Below, piece by piece: positions 25,925-39,600 of a stretch of DNA of 64,000 bases (position 1 is the stretch's first letter; each line of letters opens with the position of its first letter). The DNA lies in assembly GCA_950097015.1 (NCBI GenBank), contig CATNEN010000039.1:13764001-13828000 (forward strand), written 5' to 3'. Position numbers and translations under genes: made by a program. The notes below the pieces were generated by a model that worked only from the letters and a program-made list of their open reading frames with translations, ran no database searches and was not told the DNA's origin. This stretch comes from Macrostomum hystrix (Eukaryota > Animalia > Platyhelminthes).

Positions 25925-27098
25925 GTTGTAGTGGTAAGCCTATCATTGCTTAGTCTTGTGTGCTTAAAATCTCAATTAAAAGATCAAATAACAGCCTTAA
26001 TTTTGAATGTTGCTGCTGCTTTTGAGTAGGTAGATTTTTTGTCTTTTAAAGTTTTATATCATCAAGAAAACCTTGAAGAAAAGAAACCACAATAGAAACT
26101 AGCAAGAGATAAAAGCCAAGATCTAAAAAGGGAAAACTTGAAATGATGTACAAGGCAATAGTAAATACAAATAGAAACTGTTAAAAACTAGAGTCTGCTC
26201 ATTTGTAAAAAAACAAATAATTCATTGGTGATAAATTGGTGTTGATTGGTAAAACATCATTGGGTTCCTAGTTTTAATAGCTTTCTGTTTAAAGTACTAG
26301 AAGATTGCTTTTTAGCTAACTTGCCAGAAAGTCTGAGGCTTGCTCAAGAACTGACCATAGAACTATTCTTGGAAAAAAGTTCTTAATTGTCCTTGGTAAG
26401 AGATTAAATATGATAGATATAAAACATGGGAAGTAAAAGGTGTGGCCATGCCACCTCCAGGCTGATAAGTGTGCACCATCTGTGACAATGGCCCTTGGCT
26501 GCAAACAGGCATTTAAGTATATAATATTTTTACTTGTACCTGTAAATTGTACTTTCTACTCATGTTAGATATTTTCTTACTTATAAGGTAATGAAAAACT
26601 ATAAGTAAACATAAAGCTTTTTGTAATTTAAAATTAGATACACTTTAATATTAACTGCCTACATACATGTGCAACCCCCCAAAGCCAGCCATGCGACTTA
26701 GTTTGCTCTCATTTGCTCTCTTTTTCTCTCCCCTTTTTCCTTTTCTTCATGCCTTCCTTTTTTGTCCCTTGGTCCCCTCTCTGATTTTTTTGTGCTTGGT
26801 CGATTGGTTTTTGTGACTTACCTTGCTTGGCCCTCGTATCACCCGGCTGTGTCGGCCATGTGTTGTGCATGTATGACTGCTTATATATATCATTATGTTC
26901 TAGTAGCCTTAGTTATACTAGTAAACAAACTTTTTTGAACGATGTTGTACTTTAGTTCTAATGAATATAATAAATCATTTTAGAAAATAAATAATTAGTT
27001 TTTAGATAATAGAATATTAATTCTCAAAATGAAGACAATGCATTTATAGTGTGTACAATTCAATTTAATCTTTCAGTACATTTGGATTTAAGAAGTCA

Positions 27099-30000
27099 AT
27101 GAATAGACATGAATTACGATCAAATCGTCAACAGAGGTTGCTTAAAAAGACTAAAGAAGAAATCCAACAGGTAAGTCTTAATGAAAATTAAGTACTTAGA
27201 AAGATATGCTAAAGATGTAGTTTTGAATGTTTCCTTTGTATTTTACTGTTAGTAGTTAAGTTCAGCATCGGCACTATTATTATGTTTCGCAGGCTTACAC
27301 CCTGGGCCGACAATTAGGCGAAGGTGGCTTTGGCAAGGTTTACCAGGCGGTGGACAATAAAACTGGATTAGATGTTGCTATTAAGATTGTAAGTCAATTA
27401 TTATTTGTCTTTTCTGCTTCATATTCTCCTTTTACTACTTCGTAGTATTTTTTTAAGGAAATTGTGTACTATTTTTTCTTGCACAGCTGGATAAACAGCA
27501 AGTCACGCAGCGCAATATGGGCAGCCGGGTCATCAGCGAGATCAACATTCACCAGCGACTGCGTCACCCCTTTGTTCTGAGGGTAACTATGGCACTTTAG
27601 TTTCAACTTCCCTAACTGAGATTTTTGTTGTTTATTGATTCATCAAAATCTGCTTTTTCCTGATTTAGTTAATTAGCACATAAAATGTGCTTTTCCAAGT
27701 TTTCAAGACTTCCCTTATTAACAATTGTCTAGCTTAGGGATTCTGTAATTCACATTTCTCCTGTTTTAGTTGGGATTATTCTAGTTGCCTCCCTAATTGG
27801 GATTATTCTAGTTGTCTACCTAATTGGAATTATTCAGTTTGCCTCCCTAATTGGGATTATTCTAGTTGCCTCCCTAATTGGGATTATTCTATTTGCCTCC
27901 CTAATTGGGATTATTCTAGTTGTCTCCCAAATTGGGATTATACTAGTTGCCTCCCTAATTGGGATTATTCTAGTTGTCTCCCTAATTGGGATTATTCTAG
28001 TTGTCTACCTAATTGGGATTATTCTATTTGCCTCCCTAAATGGGATTATTCTATTTGCCTCCCTAATTGGGATTATTCTATTTGCCTCCCTAAATGGGAT
28101 TATTCTATTTGCCTCCCTAATTGGGATTATTCTATTTGCCTCCCAAATTGGGATTATTCTAGTTGCCTCCCTAATTGGGATTATTCTAGTTGCCTCCCTA
28201 ATTGGGATTATTCTAGTTGCCTCCTTAAATAGGATTATTATATTTGCCTCCCTAAATGGGATTATTAAAGTTGCCTCCCTAAATGGGATTATTATATTTG
28301 TCTTCCAAATTGGGATTATTCTAGTTGCCTCCCTAAATGGGATTATTCTATTTGCCTCCCTTAATGGGATTATTATATTTGTCTCCCAAATTAGGATTAT
28401 TCTAGTTGACTCTAATTGTTATTATTCCAGCTGCTATATTGACAGAAGCCTAATAGAAAATCACAACAAATCCCGACCCATTAAACCAGCTGCACTCATA
28501 CTTCGAAGATGCTAACAGTGTCTATCTGGTGCTAGAACTGTGCCATCGCGGCAGTCTTCACGACTATGTGCGCCAGCACGGTGGGCTGTGCGAGGATCAA
28601 GGTAATAACGGTACTGTTTATACTGTAAGCACAAGCTCTACTGCATCCATGCCACCAATAGGTTTGTTGTTACCCTCATTTCTATTCCTAGTTCGCTACT
28701 TTCTCAGGCAGATAGTAACCGGGCTGCGTTATCTGCACCAGAATCGCATTATTCATCGAGACCTGACACTGGCCAATCTGCTGCTTACTAACGACAATAA
28801 AGTGGTAAGATTTGAGAACTATAATTTTTTTCCTTTTATAGTTCTAGCTCGTAAAAGTACTTTAAGTGTGTCAAAACATTCTTAGAAAATATCCGACTTT
28901 GGCTTGGCCACCGAACTATCGGACGGGCGAACTAATAAAACCATGTGCGGCACACCAAACTATATTTCACCGTGAGCTTCTTTAGTGAAATGTGATATTT
29001 TGTCTTTTGTGAAAGCTATTTAACAATTCTTGCTTGCAAAAAACAACCAATAAAGACACAATTTTTCAACTCACAAAAGTTCATCATGTTACACATCTTC
29101 AGGTTTAATTAGATTGATTCTTCAGGTTTAATTAGATTGATACTCCAGGTTTAATTAGATTGATTCTTCAGGTTTAATTAGATTGATTCTTCAGGTTTAA
29201 TTAGATTGATTCTTCAGGTTTAATTAGATTGATACTCCAGGTTTAATTAGATTGATTCTTCAGGTTTAATTAGATTGATACTTCAGGTTTAATTAGATTG
29301 ACACTTCAGGTTTAATTAGATTGATACTCCAGGTTTAATTAGATTAATTCTTCAGGTTTAATTAGATTGATACTTCAGGTTTAATTAGATTGATGCTTCA
29401 GGTTTAATTAGATTGATACTCCAGGTTTAATTAGATTGATTCTTCAGGTTTAATTAGATTGATGCTTCAGGTTTAATTAGATTGATACTCCAGGTTTAAT
29501 TAGATTGATTCTTCAGGTTTAATTAGATTGATTCTTCAGGTTTAATTAGATTGATACTCCAGGTTTAATTAGATTGATTCTTCAGGTTTAATAAGATTGA
29601 TTCTTCAGGTTTAATTAGATTGATTCTTCAGGTTTAATTAGATTGATTCTTCAGGTTTAATTAGATTGATACTCCAGGTTTAACTAGATTGATACTCCAG
29701 GTTTAACTAGATTGATACTCCAGGTTTAATTAGATTGATAATCCAGGTTTAACTAGATTGATACTCCAGGTTTAATTAGATTAATTCTTCAGGTTTAATT
29801 AGATTGATTCTTCAGGTTTAATTAGATTGATTCTTCAGGTTTAATAAGATTGATTCTTCAGGTTTAATTAGATTGATTCTTCAGGTTTAATTAGATTGAT
29901 TCTTCAGGTTTAATTAGATTGATACTCCAGGTTTAACTAGATTGATACTCCAGGTTTAACTAGATTGATACTCCAGGTTTAATTAGATTGATAATCCAGG

Positions 30001-33000
30001 TTTAACTAGATTGATACTCCAGGTTTAATTAGATTAATTCTTCAGGTTTAATTAGATTGATTCTTCAGGTTTAATTAGATTGATGCTTCAGGTTTAATTA
30101 GATTGATACTTCAGGTTTAATTAGATTGATTCTTCAGGTTTAATTAGATTGATTCTTCAGGCTTAATTAGATTGATTTTTTAGGTTCAGTTGTGACCTCA
30201 GTAACAACCCCATTCTCCCTGAGCACAGAGAGGTGAGCAGTCGCGGAGTTCAAGGCGTTGAAGTCGATGTTTGGTCGCTAGGCGTGATGCTGTACACTAT
30301 GTTAGTTGGCAAGGCGCCGTTCGACACGAAGGATCCCAAATCAACCATAGACAATGCCAGGCGACTACGCTACGACATTCCGGGTCATTTGGACGCAGAC
30401 GCAATTGATTTGATTGCTAAATTGTTGCGCGAGAGGCCGCAAGATCGATTGAAACTGGCCGACATACTTGAGCACCCGTTTTTAAAGAAAGGCGGCAACT
30501 TTGACGCTGTGGTAAGCTTTTGACGGGGTTTTTTTTAAGTGGCCTCTCGGACTAAGGTCCCTGAGCTCGATTCTACATTCATTTAGGGCGCAGCCGCGGA
30601 GAGAAGGCTTGGTGGCTTGTCGTGCAATTTACGCTATTGAGGGCCAACCTCCAAGGCACAGTACAGTGAAAGTATCAGCGAAATAATGTTCCATTGCTGC
30701 GGCCCTCCTGCAATTATTATTATTATTATTATCATTAAGCTTTAGTTGTTTGTAAATTATCTGGTAATAAAAAGTACTTTTGTATAAAGTACGCAGTGAA
30801 TAAAACAAAAGTACATTTAAGTTTAGGTAAAGTAAATGTTAAAGTACATAGCTTTTTTACCTAAATTCATAACAAATTCTGCAGGATCGAAGTCGCGATT
30901 CTGGCACGGACAGCACACAGAGTTGGCAGTCATCTCAGCATCAGCAGCAGCAGCATCAGTCGCCGTCGCCCGTAATTCGTCGGCACGCTTCGGCCGGGCA
31001 ACTACGTCCGCCACCATCGAAGCAGTCGCAGCAGCAGGTGCAAAGTCAAGAATATCATCATCAGCAGCAGCAGCAGCAGCAGGCAACATCCTCTAGCTCT
31101 GCAGCTGTGATTGGCGAACATAGCAGAAATCGTAGCTCTTCACAATCGTGCCAATTAAACAAGCAGCAGCAGCAGCAGCAGCAGCATCCGCATTGGCATC
31201 ACAACAGCGATAGTCAGGGCTATGTAACACAGTCTGACCGTAGTCCGCTAGTGTGCGCCAGAAGCACTGGCGACCCTGCCAGACAGCGTCAATTGTGGCC
31301 AGCATCTAAATCTTCGTGTTCGGCTAGCGCGACCGCTGCCAAACAGCAACAGCAGCAGCAGCAGAATTCTCAGCATCAAAAATCACTGGTGTCTGGGGTA
31401 GCGGTTGATCAGAACCAGTCGCAGCCTTTGGATACCAGCCGCCTGGAAGGTTGTCGAATAACCAAGGGCAGTCTGCTATTCACCCTGACTCAACCTGACG
31501 GCTGTCTCACTGTTGAACAGTTGCGGCGTCGCGGAGATGTCGAAAAAGTTGTCAGAGCATTGCGCATCACTCCAGACGGTCGATCAGTTGATTATGCGGC
31601 TAGTTTAAATCTGGCGTTACTACCAGACGCCCCAGTTGCTATGCGACCTAGCGATTGCGAATCCTACACTTATCCTGAATTGCCAGATGCCGCCTGCGCT
31701 AAATTGTACAGTCAGGCTGCGGCATTTGTTCGTCTGCTGCGTTCCAATACTCCCCGCCTCACGCTGTACACTAGCCAGGCTAAGTGTGTACTGTATGAGA
31801 ACCTGCCGGAACCGGATTTCTGCGTCAACTTCTACGACGGCCGGCGCGCTAGAAGAACAGCAGCTTGCGCTCTGGCCATTGATGGCAAATCCGTGCTGCT
31901 GCACAGTTTGTCGCGAGCAGAGGCGCAGGTGCTTCACTTTGTTAACGAGGTGAGAAATGCAATCTCTGTCAGCCTTTTGGTGATTGAGATGGAACTTGAG
32001 GTTAGCTTCAGTGATTCCTCAGGATAGCTTCAGCGATTCCTCAGGGTAGCTTCAGCGATTCTTCAGGATAGCTTCAGCGATTTCTCAGGATAGCTTCAGC
32101 GATTCTTCAGGATAGCTTCAGCGATTTCTCAGGATAGCTTCAGCGATTCCTCAGGATAGCTTCAGCGATTCTTCAGGATAGCTTCAGCGATTCTTCAGGA
32201 TAGCTTCAGCGATTCTTCAGGATAGCTTCAGCGATTCTTCAGGATAGCTTCAGCGATTCTTCAGGATAGCTTCAGCGATTCTTCAGGATAGCTTCAGCGA
32301 TTCTTCAGGATAGCTTCAGCGATTCTTCAGGATAGCTTCAGCGATTCCTCAGGGTAGCTTCAGAGATTCTTCAGGATAGCTTCAGTGATTCTTCAGGATC
32401 GCTTCAGTGATTCTTCAGGGTAGCTTCAGTGATTCTTCATGGTAGCTTCAGTGATTCTTCAGGGTAGCTTGAGCGATTCTTCAGGGTAGCTTCAGTGATT
32501 CTTCAGGGTAGCTTCAGTGATTCTTCAGGGTAGCTTCAGTGATTCTTCATGGTAGCTTGAGCGATTCTTCAGGGTAGCTTCAGCGATTCTTCAGGGTAGC
32601 TTCAGCGATTCTTCAGGGTAGCTTCAGCGATTCTTCAGGATAGCTTCAGTGATTCCTCAGGGTAGCTTCAGCGATTCCTCAGGATAGCTTCAGCGATTCT
32701 TCAGGATAGCTTCAGCGATTCTTCAGGATAGCTTCAGCGATTCTTCAGGATCGCTTCAGAGATTCCTCAGGATAGCTTCAGTGATTCTTCAGGGTAGCTT
32801 CAGTGATTCTTCATGGTAGCTTCAGTGACTCTTCAGGATAGCTTCGGCGATTTCTCTGGGTAGCTTCAGCGATTCTTCAGGATAGCTTCGGCGATTCTTC
32901 AGGATAGCTTCAGCGATTCCTCAGGATAGCTTCAGCGATTCTTCAGGATAGCTTCAGCGATTCCTCAGGATAGCTTCAGCGATTCTTCAGGATAGCTTCA

Positions 33001-34430
33001 GCGATTCCTCAGGATAGCTTCAGCGATTCTTCAGGATAGCTTCAGCGATTCCTCAGGATAGCTTCAGCGATTCTTCAGGATAGCTTCAGCGATTCTTCAG
33101 GATCGCTTCAGAGATTCCTCAGGATAGCTTCAGTGATTCCTCAGGGTAGCTTCAGCGATTCCTCAGGATAGCTTCAGCGATTCTTCAGGATAGCTTCAGT
33201 GATTCCTCAGGGTAGCTTCAGCGATTCCTCAGGATAGCTTCAGCGATTCTTCAGGATAGCTTCAGCGATTCTTCAGGATCGCTTCAGAGATTCCTCAGGG
33301 TAGCTTCAGCGATTCCTCAGGATAGCTTCAGTGATTCTTCAGGGTAGCTTTAGTGATTCTTCATGGTAGCTTCAGTGATTCTTCAGGATAGCTTCGGCGA
33401 TTTCTCTGGGTAGCTTCAGCGATTCTTCAGGGTAGCTTCAGCGATTCTTCAGGGTAGCTTCAGAGATTCCTCAGACTAGCTTCAGCAATTCTTCAGGGTA
33501 GCTTTAGCGATTCTTCAGGGTAGCTTTAGAGATTCCTCAGGGTGGATTCAGATATTCCTCAGGGTAGCTTCAAGGATTCCTCAGACTAGCTTCAGCAATT
33601 CTTCAGGGTAGCTTTAGCGATTCTTCAGGGTAGCTTTAGCGATTCTTCAGGGTAGCTTCAGAGATTCCTCAGGGTAGCTTCAGCAATTCTTCAGGGTAGC
33701 TTTAGCGATTCTTCAGGGTAGCTTCAGCGATTCATTCTTCTCAGTTCAAGGTCATTCCCAGACTTGTATTTCAACTTCATTCCCTGTTAGTTAAAAGTTA
33801 TTCCCATATAATTTAATTCCGATTCTCAGTAAACTCAAGGTCACCAAGCAGATAAATAATGGCTGTTACCCGGCTGCCTTTATCTTCACTGATTTCCATC
33901 GTGGATATTTTTATCTCTCTTTATTTTTCCTCCCACCGCAGACCTACGATCAGATAAGGCGCATTGAGTCAGTCTTGATTGGCGTGTCTGGTCAGGGCGG
34001 TCTGTGCTGCTTCCCTGTTACAATTGGCAACCCGCCTGAGGCTGCGTTTGGTTCACAACCGACACCAACGCCGCAAGCAGCAGCAGCAGCAGCAGCAGCA
34101 GCCTCAGAGTCATCCACAGATCTGCTATGCAATGCGATTCTCGATCCGATGCCCGTTGCTGTTAATACTCCGCCCCAGCCAAGCAGTCTGGCTCTGACAA
34201 GAGTTCAACAACAGGACTCCGGCGACACGGTTGTCGAATTCAACGACGGCAGTCGGTTGGAGCTGGTGGGCGTCAGAGGCGGCGGCACTCTTGATCGGTT
34301 AGTCTACGTTGACAATTGCGGCTCGCGTCGACAGTTCGATTCTAGGCGTCTAACCGAACTGGGACAAAAACTGCCAGGCGCTGTTGCCACCAGGATGTCG
34401 CTGCTAGCCAGGGCTGGTCAGTTGGCGTAG
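27099..34430 (+). CDS. PLK4: Polo-like kinase 4; exons ~27099-27170, 27293-27388, 27487-27582, 28490-28601, 28691-28804, 28886-28972, 30229-30511, 30885-31949, 33942-34430
   Basis: LGEGGFGKVY, VAIK, YFEDANSVYLVLELC, HRDLTLANLLL (PLK4-typical), DFGLAT, CGTPNYISPE, a DSGTDS degron, cryptic polo box (FVRLLRSNTPRLTLYTSQAKCVLYENLPEPDFCVNFYDG), CFPVTIG and a PB3-like C-terminus. Confidence 0.95.
27770..28410. repeat. 27-bp minisatellite ttgggattattctagttgcctccctaa
   Basis: Tandem units in PLK4 intron 3. Confidence 0.95.
29095..30185. repeat. 23-bp minisatellite gtttaattagattgattcttcag
   Basis: Tandem units filling a PLK4 intron. Confidence 0.95.
32000..33732. repeat. 22-bp minisatellite gatagcttcagcgattcttcag
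   Basis: Tandem units filling the last PLK4 intron. Confidence 0.95.
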
Positions 34431-34599
34431 CGTCCGTTTGTACTTTTAGTTTCTTCTTTTAGCCTCTTTAATTTGTAGCGGAAATGAGGAACAAACGAGT
34501 TCAGATTTTTTAAGTACGCGTTAAAACATCCCATATGGGATCGGTTTTTTTCGAATTCTTACTTTAGCCCCAAAATCCTTAATTGCATCTGTAATCTTC

Positions 34600-35272
34600 T
34601 CAGATCCAAACCCATACCTGACATCCTTTCAGATCCCCAATCCATACCTGACATCCTCTAAAGTCCCCAATCAATACCTGACACCCTCTCAGATCCCCAA
34701 TCCATACCTGACATCCTCTAAAGTCCCCAATCAATACCTGATACCCTCTCAGATCCCCAAATCCCCAAATTCTCAACACCCTCTACGATCCCCAATCCAT
34801 ACCTGACACCCTCTCAGATCCCCAAATCCGTACCTGACACCCTCTCAGATCCCCAATCCATACCTGACACCCTCTCAGATCCCCAATCAATACCTGACAC
34901 CCTCTCAGATCCCCAATCCATACCTGACACCCTCTCAGATCCCCAATCCATACCTGACATCCTCTAAAGTCCCCAATCAATACCTGACACCCTCTCAGAT
35001 CCCCAATCCATACCTGACACCCTCTCAGATCCCCAATCCATACCTGACATCCTCTAAAGTCCCCAATCAATACCTGACACCCTCTATAGTCCCCAATCAA
35101 TACCTGACACCCTCTCAGATCCCCAATCCATATCTGACATCCTCTAAAGTCCCCAATCAATACCTGACACCCTCTCAGATCCCCAATCCATACCTGACAT
35201 CCTCTAAAGTCCCCAATCAATACCTGACACCCTCTCAGATCCCCAAATCCGTACCTGACATCCTCTCAGATC
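34600..35272. repeat. 30-bp minisatellite atacctgacaccctctcagatccccaatcc
   Basis: Tandem units downstream of the PLK4 stop. Confidence 0.95.
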
Positions 35273-36221
35273 CTCACTGCATACACCACAGTTATCTCAA
35301 ATAAAAAATCCAATTATAGTTCCATATCTTCTTCACTCCTTTTAACAATCGTTTCCACAGTGGGCTAGTTAACCTTGATTTTTATAGCTCTTTACTTGTA
35401 AAATGCTTATTAAGGTAATAAATAATGCTTTACTAATATCTTGCTCACAATGTCGCATATTTATCGAGCAAAAAACTCGATTTTATTTTCATTTCACGTT
35501 TAAATTTATAAATTATTTAAAATTCATACCTTAGGTTTTCTATTGTACTTGATTTATTGTAAAAAATTAAGCCTTGCCTAACGTTTGTTACTCATTAGTA
35601 ATCATTTTTGTCTCGTTTTGCTAGTGTCAATTTTTTCAATGCATTTGTTTTACTGTCACTTTAGTTTTATGCTTTGTGAATCAAATGCGCGCTGATAAAA
35701 ATTGTTGTAAATAAACCATTGTAAATGTTATAAAAATTATTTTTAAAAACTAATATTACTTAACGAAAATTATCTGGTTAAAAAAGTTCGACTTGCACTA
35801 CTTTTTTCAGTAGTAGTTTAAAAAGAAATTTAATCAAGATGCAACCATCATTCAACCATAACGTGCGAATAGTACTCTAGATTTAATTAAAAATAAATAC
35901 TTGCAGTCAAATAATTACACGTCAGTTTAATTACTTTTCGTCTCCTTATCATGAGTGATCTGATTGGCTGAAGATAAAATTATTCTTTTACCATCGGAGC
36001 TCTCTCATTGGTCGAAAAAATTTTGTCTTTTTGACGAGGATCTTTTATTGGTCAGCATAACACTTCTTCATTTAGGGATCCGGCTTTGCTATACTTGTTT
36101 ATATATACGAGTATATAGTGTTAATGTACATTATGACACAAAGCTTTCAAAAGACTGTGGACAACTGTTCAGTCCAGGGACTGGGCGACCGGAACAGCCG
36201 TTCTAACTCAGCATATGCTGG

Positions 36222-36485
36222 CTGCGGTCAGTGGCTGAGCGGTCTAACGCGTTTGCCTCTCGCGCCAAGGTCCCTAAGCTCGATTCCGTGGCGAGGCCAC
36301 ATTCATTTGGCGCTTGTCGCGCAATGTACGCCCTTGTGGGCCAACCTCCAAGGCACAGTGAGAGTGTACACTGCCTGACAATGAGAAAGTCAGGGCAGAT
36401 GTACACACCCCCTGTGTGAGTGTGTGCTCAGGAGTCAGCGGAATGAGCAGAATTGCCTCCTCGCTGACTTCGGGCCAAATGATGT
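36222..36485 (+). mobile_element. SINE family 1 copy, internally deleted
   Basis: tRNA head plus the gtgtacactgcctgac...gtcagggcagatgtacac hairpin. Further fragments at ~70-190 (+), 2400-2596 (-), 10820-10900 (+), 14715-14910 (+), 21444-21520 (+), 30535-30735 (+) and 38670-38800 (-). Confidence 0.85.
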
Positions 36486-36613
36486 GGCACCAGACTAAAA
36501 TCTAACCACTGGGTTATAATAGAGCAACGAGCTTTATTACACAGACATCGCGCGTGCGGCAACGAAGATGTCGCATTCGAATATCGTATTTTTTCCAAGG
36601 CCCGTTCGTCGAT

Positions 36614-39600
36614 TCACTTGCCCAATCGAATCACATTGTCCTTTGCTTCAATGCTGAGACTTTTTAGCATCGGTTTGAACAACAACAGCCAGGCGGTTGA
36701 CAGCAGCACAATGAGCATGAAGCAGAACAATAGCATGCGATCGACCACATAGGCAATGAGCTGCCACTCCCGGATGCAGGCAGCCTCCTCTTCAATGCGT
36801 TCCTGCTTGTTGGTCATCTGGCGCAGATGGCCCAGCAGGGTGGTCTGCGTCTCCGAGTTTGGCGTTGTCGTGTTGTGAGACGACGGATGTTGGGCGGAGG
36901 CTTCGCGAATGTACATTGCGCTGCGCGCGGCAGCCGTCGAACCGCGCTGATTGGCTAACGACGAAGAGCGAGCGTACGGATTGGCTAGCAGCCTGACTGC
37001 GGCTCCGTTGTTTCCGTTGTTGTTGCCAATGGTAACCAGTTCAGTGTCGCAAATTGTCACGCTCGGCTGTTGAGCTTCGGCGCAGGCTGTCGAACACGTC
37101 GGCTCCTGAGGATTATTTGGTGCGGCGCCTTCCACTAGAATGCTGGCCTTCCGCATAGTGCTGCGTCTCGAAGTGGGGAACACGGACACTGAGCCTCGAC
37201 TAAACAGCTCGGCGTTGCTGCGCGATACGCAGACAGCGCGACCGAGGTAGTCGGTGACGAAACGATACAGAATGGCCGGCGGGCGACGGTTGGTGACGCC
37301 GCGGTGGTGAAGATTCAGAACTAGAACGGCAAACACCACGGATAATGACGTCAGGCCCATCACAACAGTCAGGTAGACGCCTGTGATGGGGTTGAGTTGA
37401 GGTAAACACAATCAAGATTTTGATCATTTTAACATTTATGACCAATCAGAGTAGATATCTACCAGGAAATGATTTCTGATTGGTTAAAGAAGAACACTTT
37501 TCGTCTATTTCTGGTTTGGTGTGAAATAAAAAAAATCTACTTTATGCCCACAGGTTGGCTAAGAAATGACATCTTTCTATACTTTCTGACTAATTTGGAG
37601 AATTTATTTACATTGTAGACAATCGATCCTTTCTACGAGCTAGTTTGCTGGCGAATACTTATAAGACTGTCGATGCTTTCTGATTGGTTGGAGAAGATAA
37701 GAAGACAAATATTTAAAAAATGTCGATGTTTTCTGATTGGTTGGAGAAGACATCTACGCTGTATAAACAAACTGTCGATGCTTTCTGATTGGTTGGAGAA
37801 GACATCTACGCTGTATAAACTGTCGATGCTTTCTGATTGGTTGGAGAAGACATCTAAGCTGTATAAACTGTCGATGCTTTCTGATTGGTTGGAGAAGACA
37901 TCTACGCTGTATAAACTGTCGATGCTTTCTGATTGGTTGGAGAAGACATCTACGCTGTATAAACTGTCGATGCTTTCTGGTTGGTTAGAGAAGACATCTA
38001 CGCTGTATAAACTGTCGATGCTTTCTGGTTGGTTGGAGAAGACATCTACGCTGTATAAACTGTCGATGCTTTCTGGTTGGTTAGAGAAGACATCTACGCT
38101 GTATAAACTGTCGATGCTTTCTGGTTGGTTGGAGAAGACATCTACGCTGTATAAACTGTCGATGCTTTCTGGTTGGTTAGAGAAGACATCTACGCTGTAT
38201 AAACTGTCGATGCTTTCTGGTTGGTTAGAGAAGACATCTACGCTGTATAAACTGTCGATGCTTTCTGGTTGGTTGGAGAAGACATCTACGCTGTATAAAC
38301 TGTCGATGCTTTCTGGTTGGTTAGAGAAGACATCTACGCTGTATAAACTGTCGATGCTTTCAGATTGGCTGGATCAAATTATTCAAAATCCTATGTCTCA
38401 CCAATCAAGGGCGTGTACTCAGACGTTGGTGGCATATTCTCGGCAATGAGCAGCATAAACACCGAATAGGCTAGCAGTACAGTCAGTCCGAGAGTAACCT
38501 TCTCGCCGGAGTCTGGTGGCAAAGCGAACGAGCTAAGCGTCAGCATCGATAGAAACATGCAGGGAATGATGATGTTGAAAGTATAGTACAGATTCCTGCA
38601 AGGTTGAATATGTATAAATATGAGAATTTCATAACTCAGCTTTTTACAAGGTATATTTGGTGTCACTCGAACCAATTCTGCCCATTTCGCTGACTCCTGA
38701 GCACACACGCACACGGATACTATACTCAGGCACGCACTCACACAGGCCCGACAAGCCCCAAAGGTTTGTATTCGCGGAATCGAGCTCAGGACTGTCGGGT
38801 CGTCTTACCCTCACCTCCTTCACAACAGATCAATGAATATTTTACAAACAAAACGACACTCACCTCCTGCGAATGTGTATGTAGAATGAGATGTCAGGAA
38901 ATGGCTCCTGGCAGCAGGGATAGTACACCACATTCTTCACTACTCGAGTGTCGTGAACGTCCCACTCGCCATTGCTGACTAGATTGCCCAATTCGACGTT
39001 CGGCCTAAGTTTGAACACGTCCAACTGTAGGAATGAAAGCGAGATTGGAAAGAATTAAGTCCCTATTGTTTTAGCTAACTAAAACTAATAAACAAACGAA
39101 CGAACAAACAAACGAACTAACTAACTAACTAACTAACTAACTAAATAACTAACTAACTAACTAGCTAACTAACAAACAAACTAACTAACAAACTAACAAA
39201 CTAACTAGCTAACTAGCTAACTAACTAACTAACTAAATAACTAACTAACTAACTAACTAACTAACTAGCTAACTAGCTAACTAACTAACTAACTAAATAA
39301 CTAACTAACTAACTAGCTAACTAACAAACAAACAAACAAACAAACTAACAAACTAACTAGCTAACTAGCTAACTAACTAACTAACTAAATAACTAACGAA
39401 CTAACTAACTAACTAACTAACTAACTAGCTAACTAGCTAACTAACTAACTAACTAGCTAGCTAACTAACTAGCTAACTAACTAACTAACTAACTAACTAG
39501 CTAACTAACTAACTAACTAACTATCTGTCTATCTATCAATCTATACATCTAACTCACCTGCAAGCCATCGTAGGCCCATGAGCCGAGTTTCAGATAGCAA

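Noticed and set aside
27770-39530. Telomeric repeats (CCCTAA within the 27-mer; the (CTAA)n tract)
   Set aside because: There is no tandem TTAGGG; these are single hexamers within longer units or a 4-mer microsatellite.
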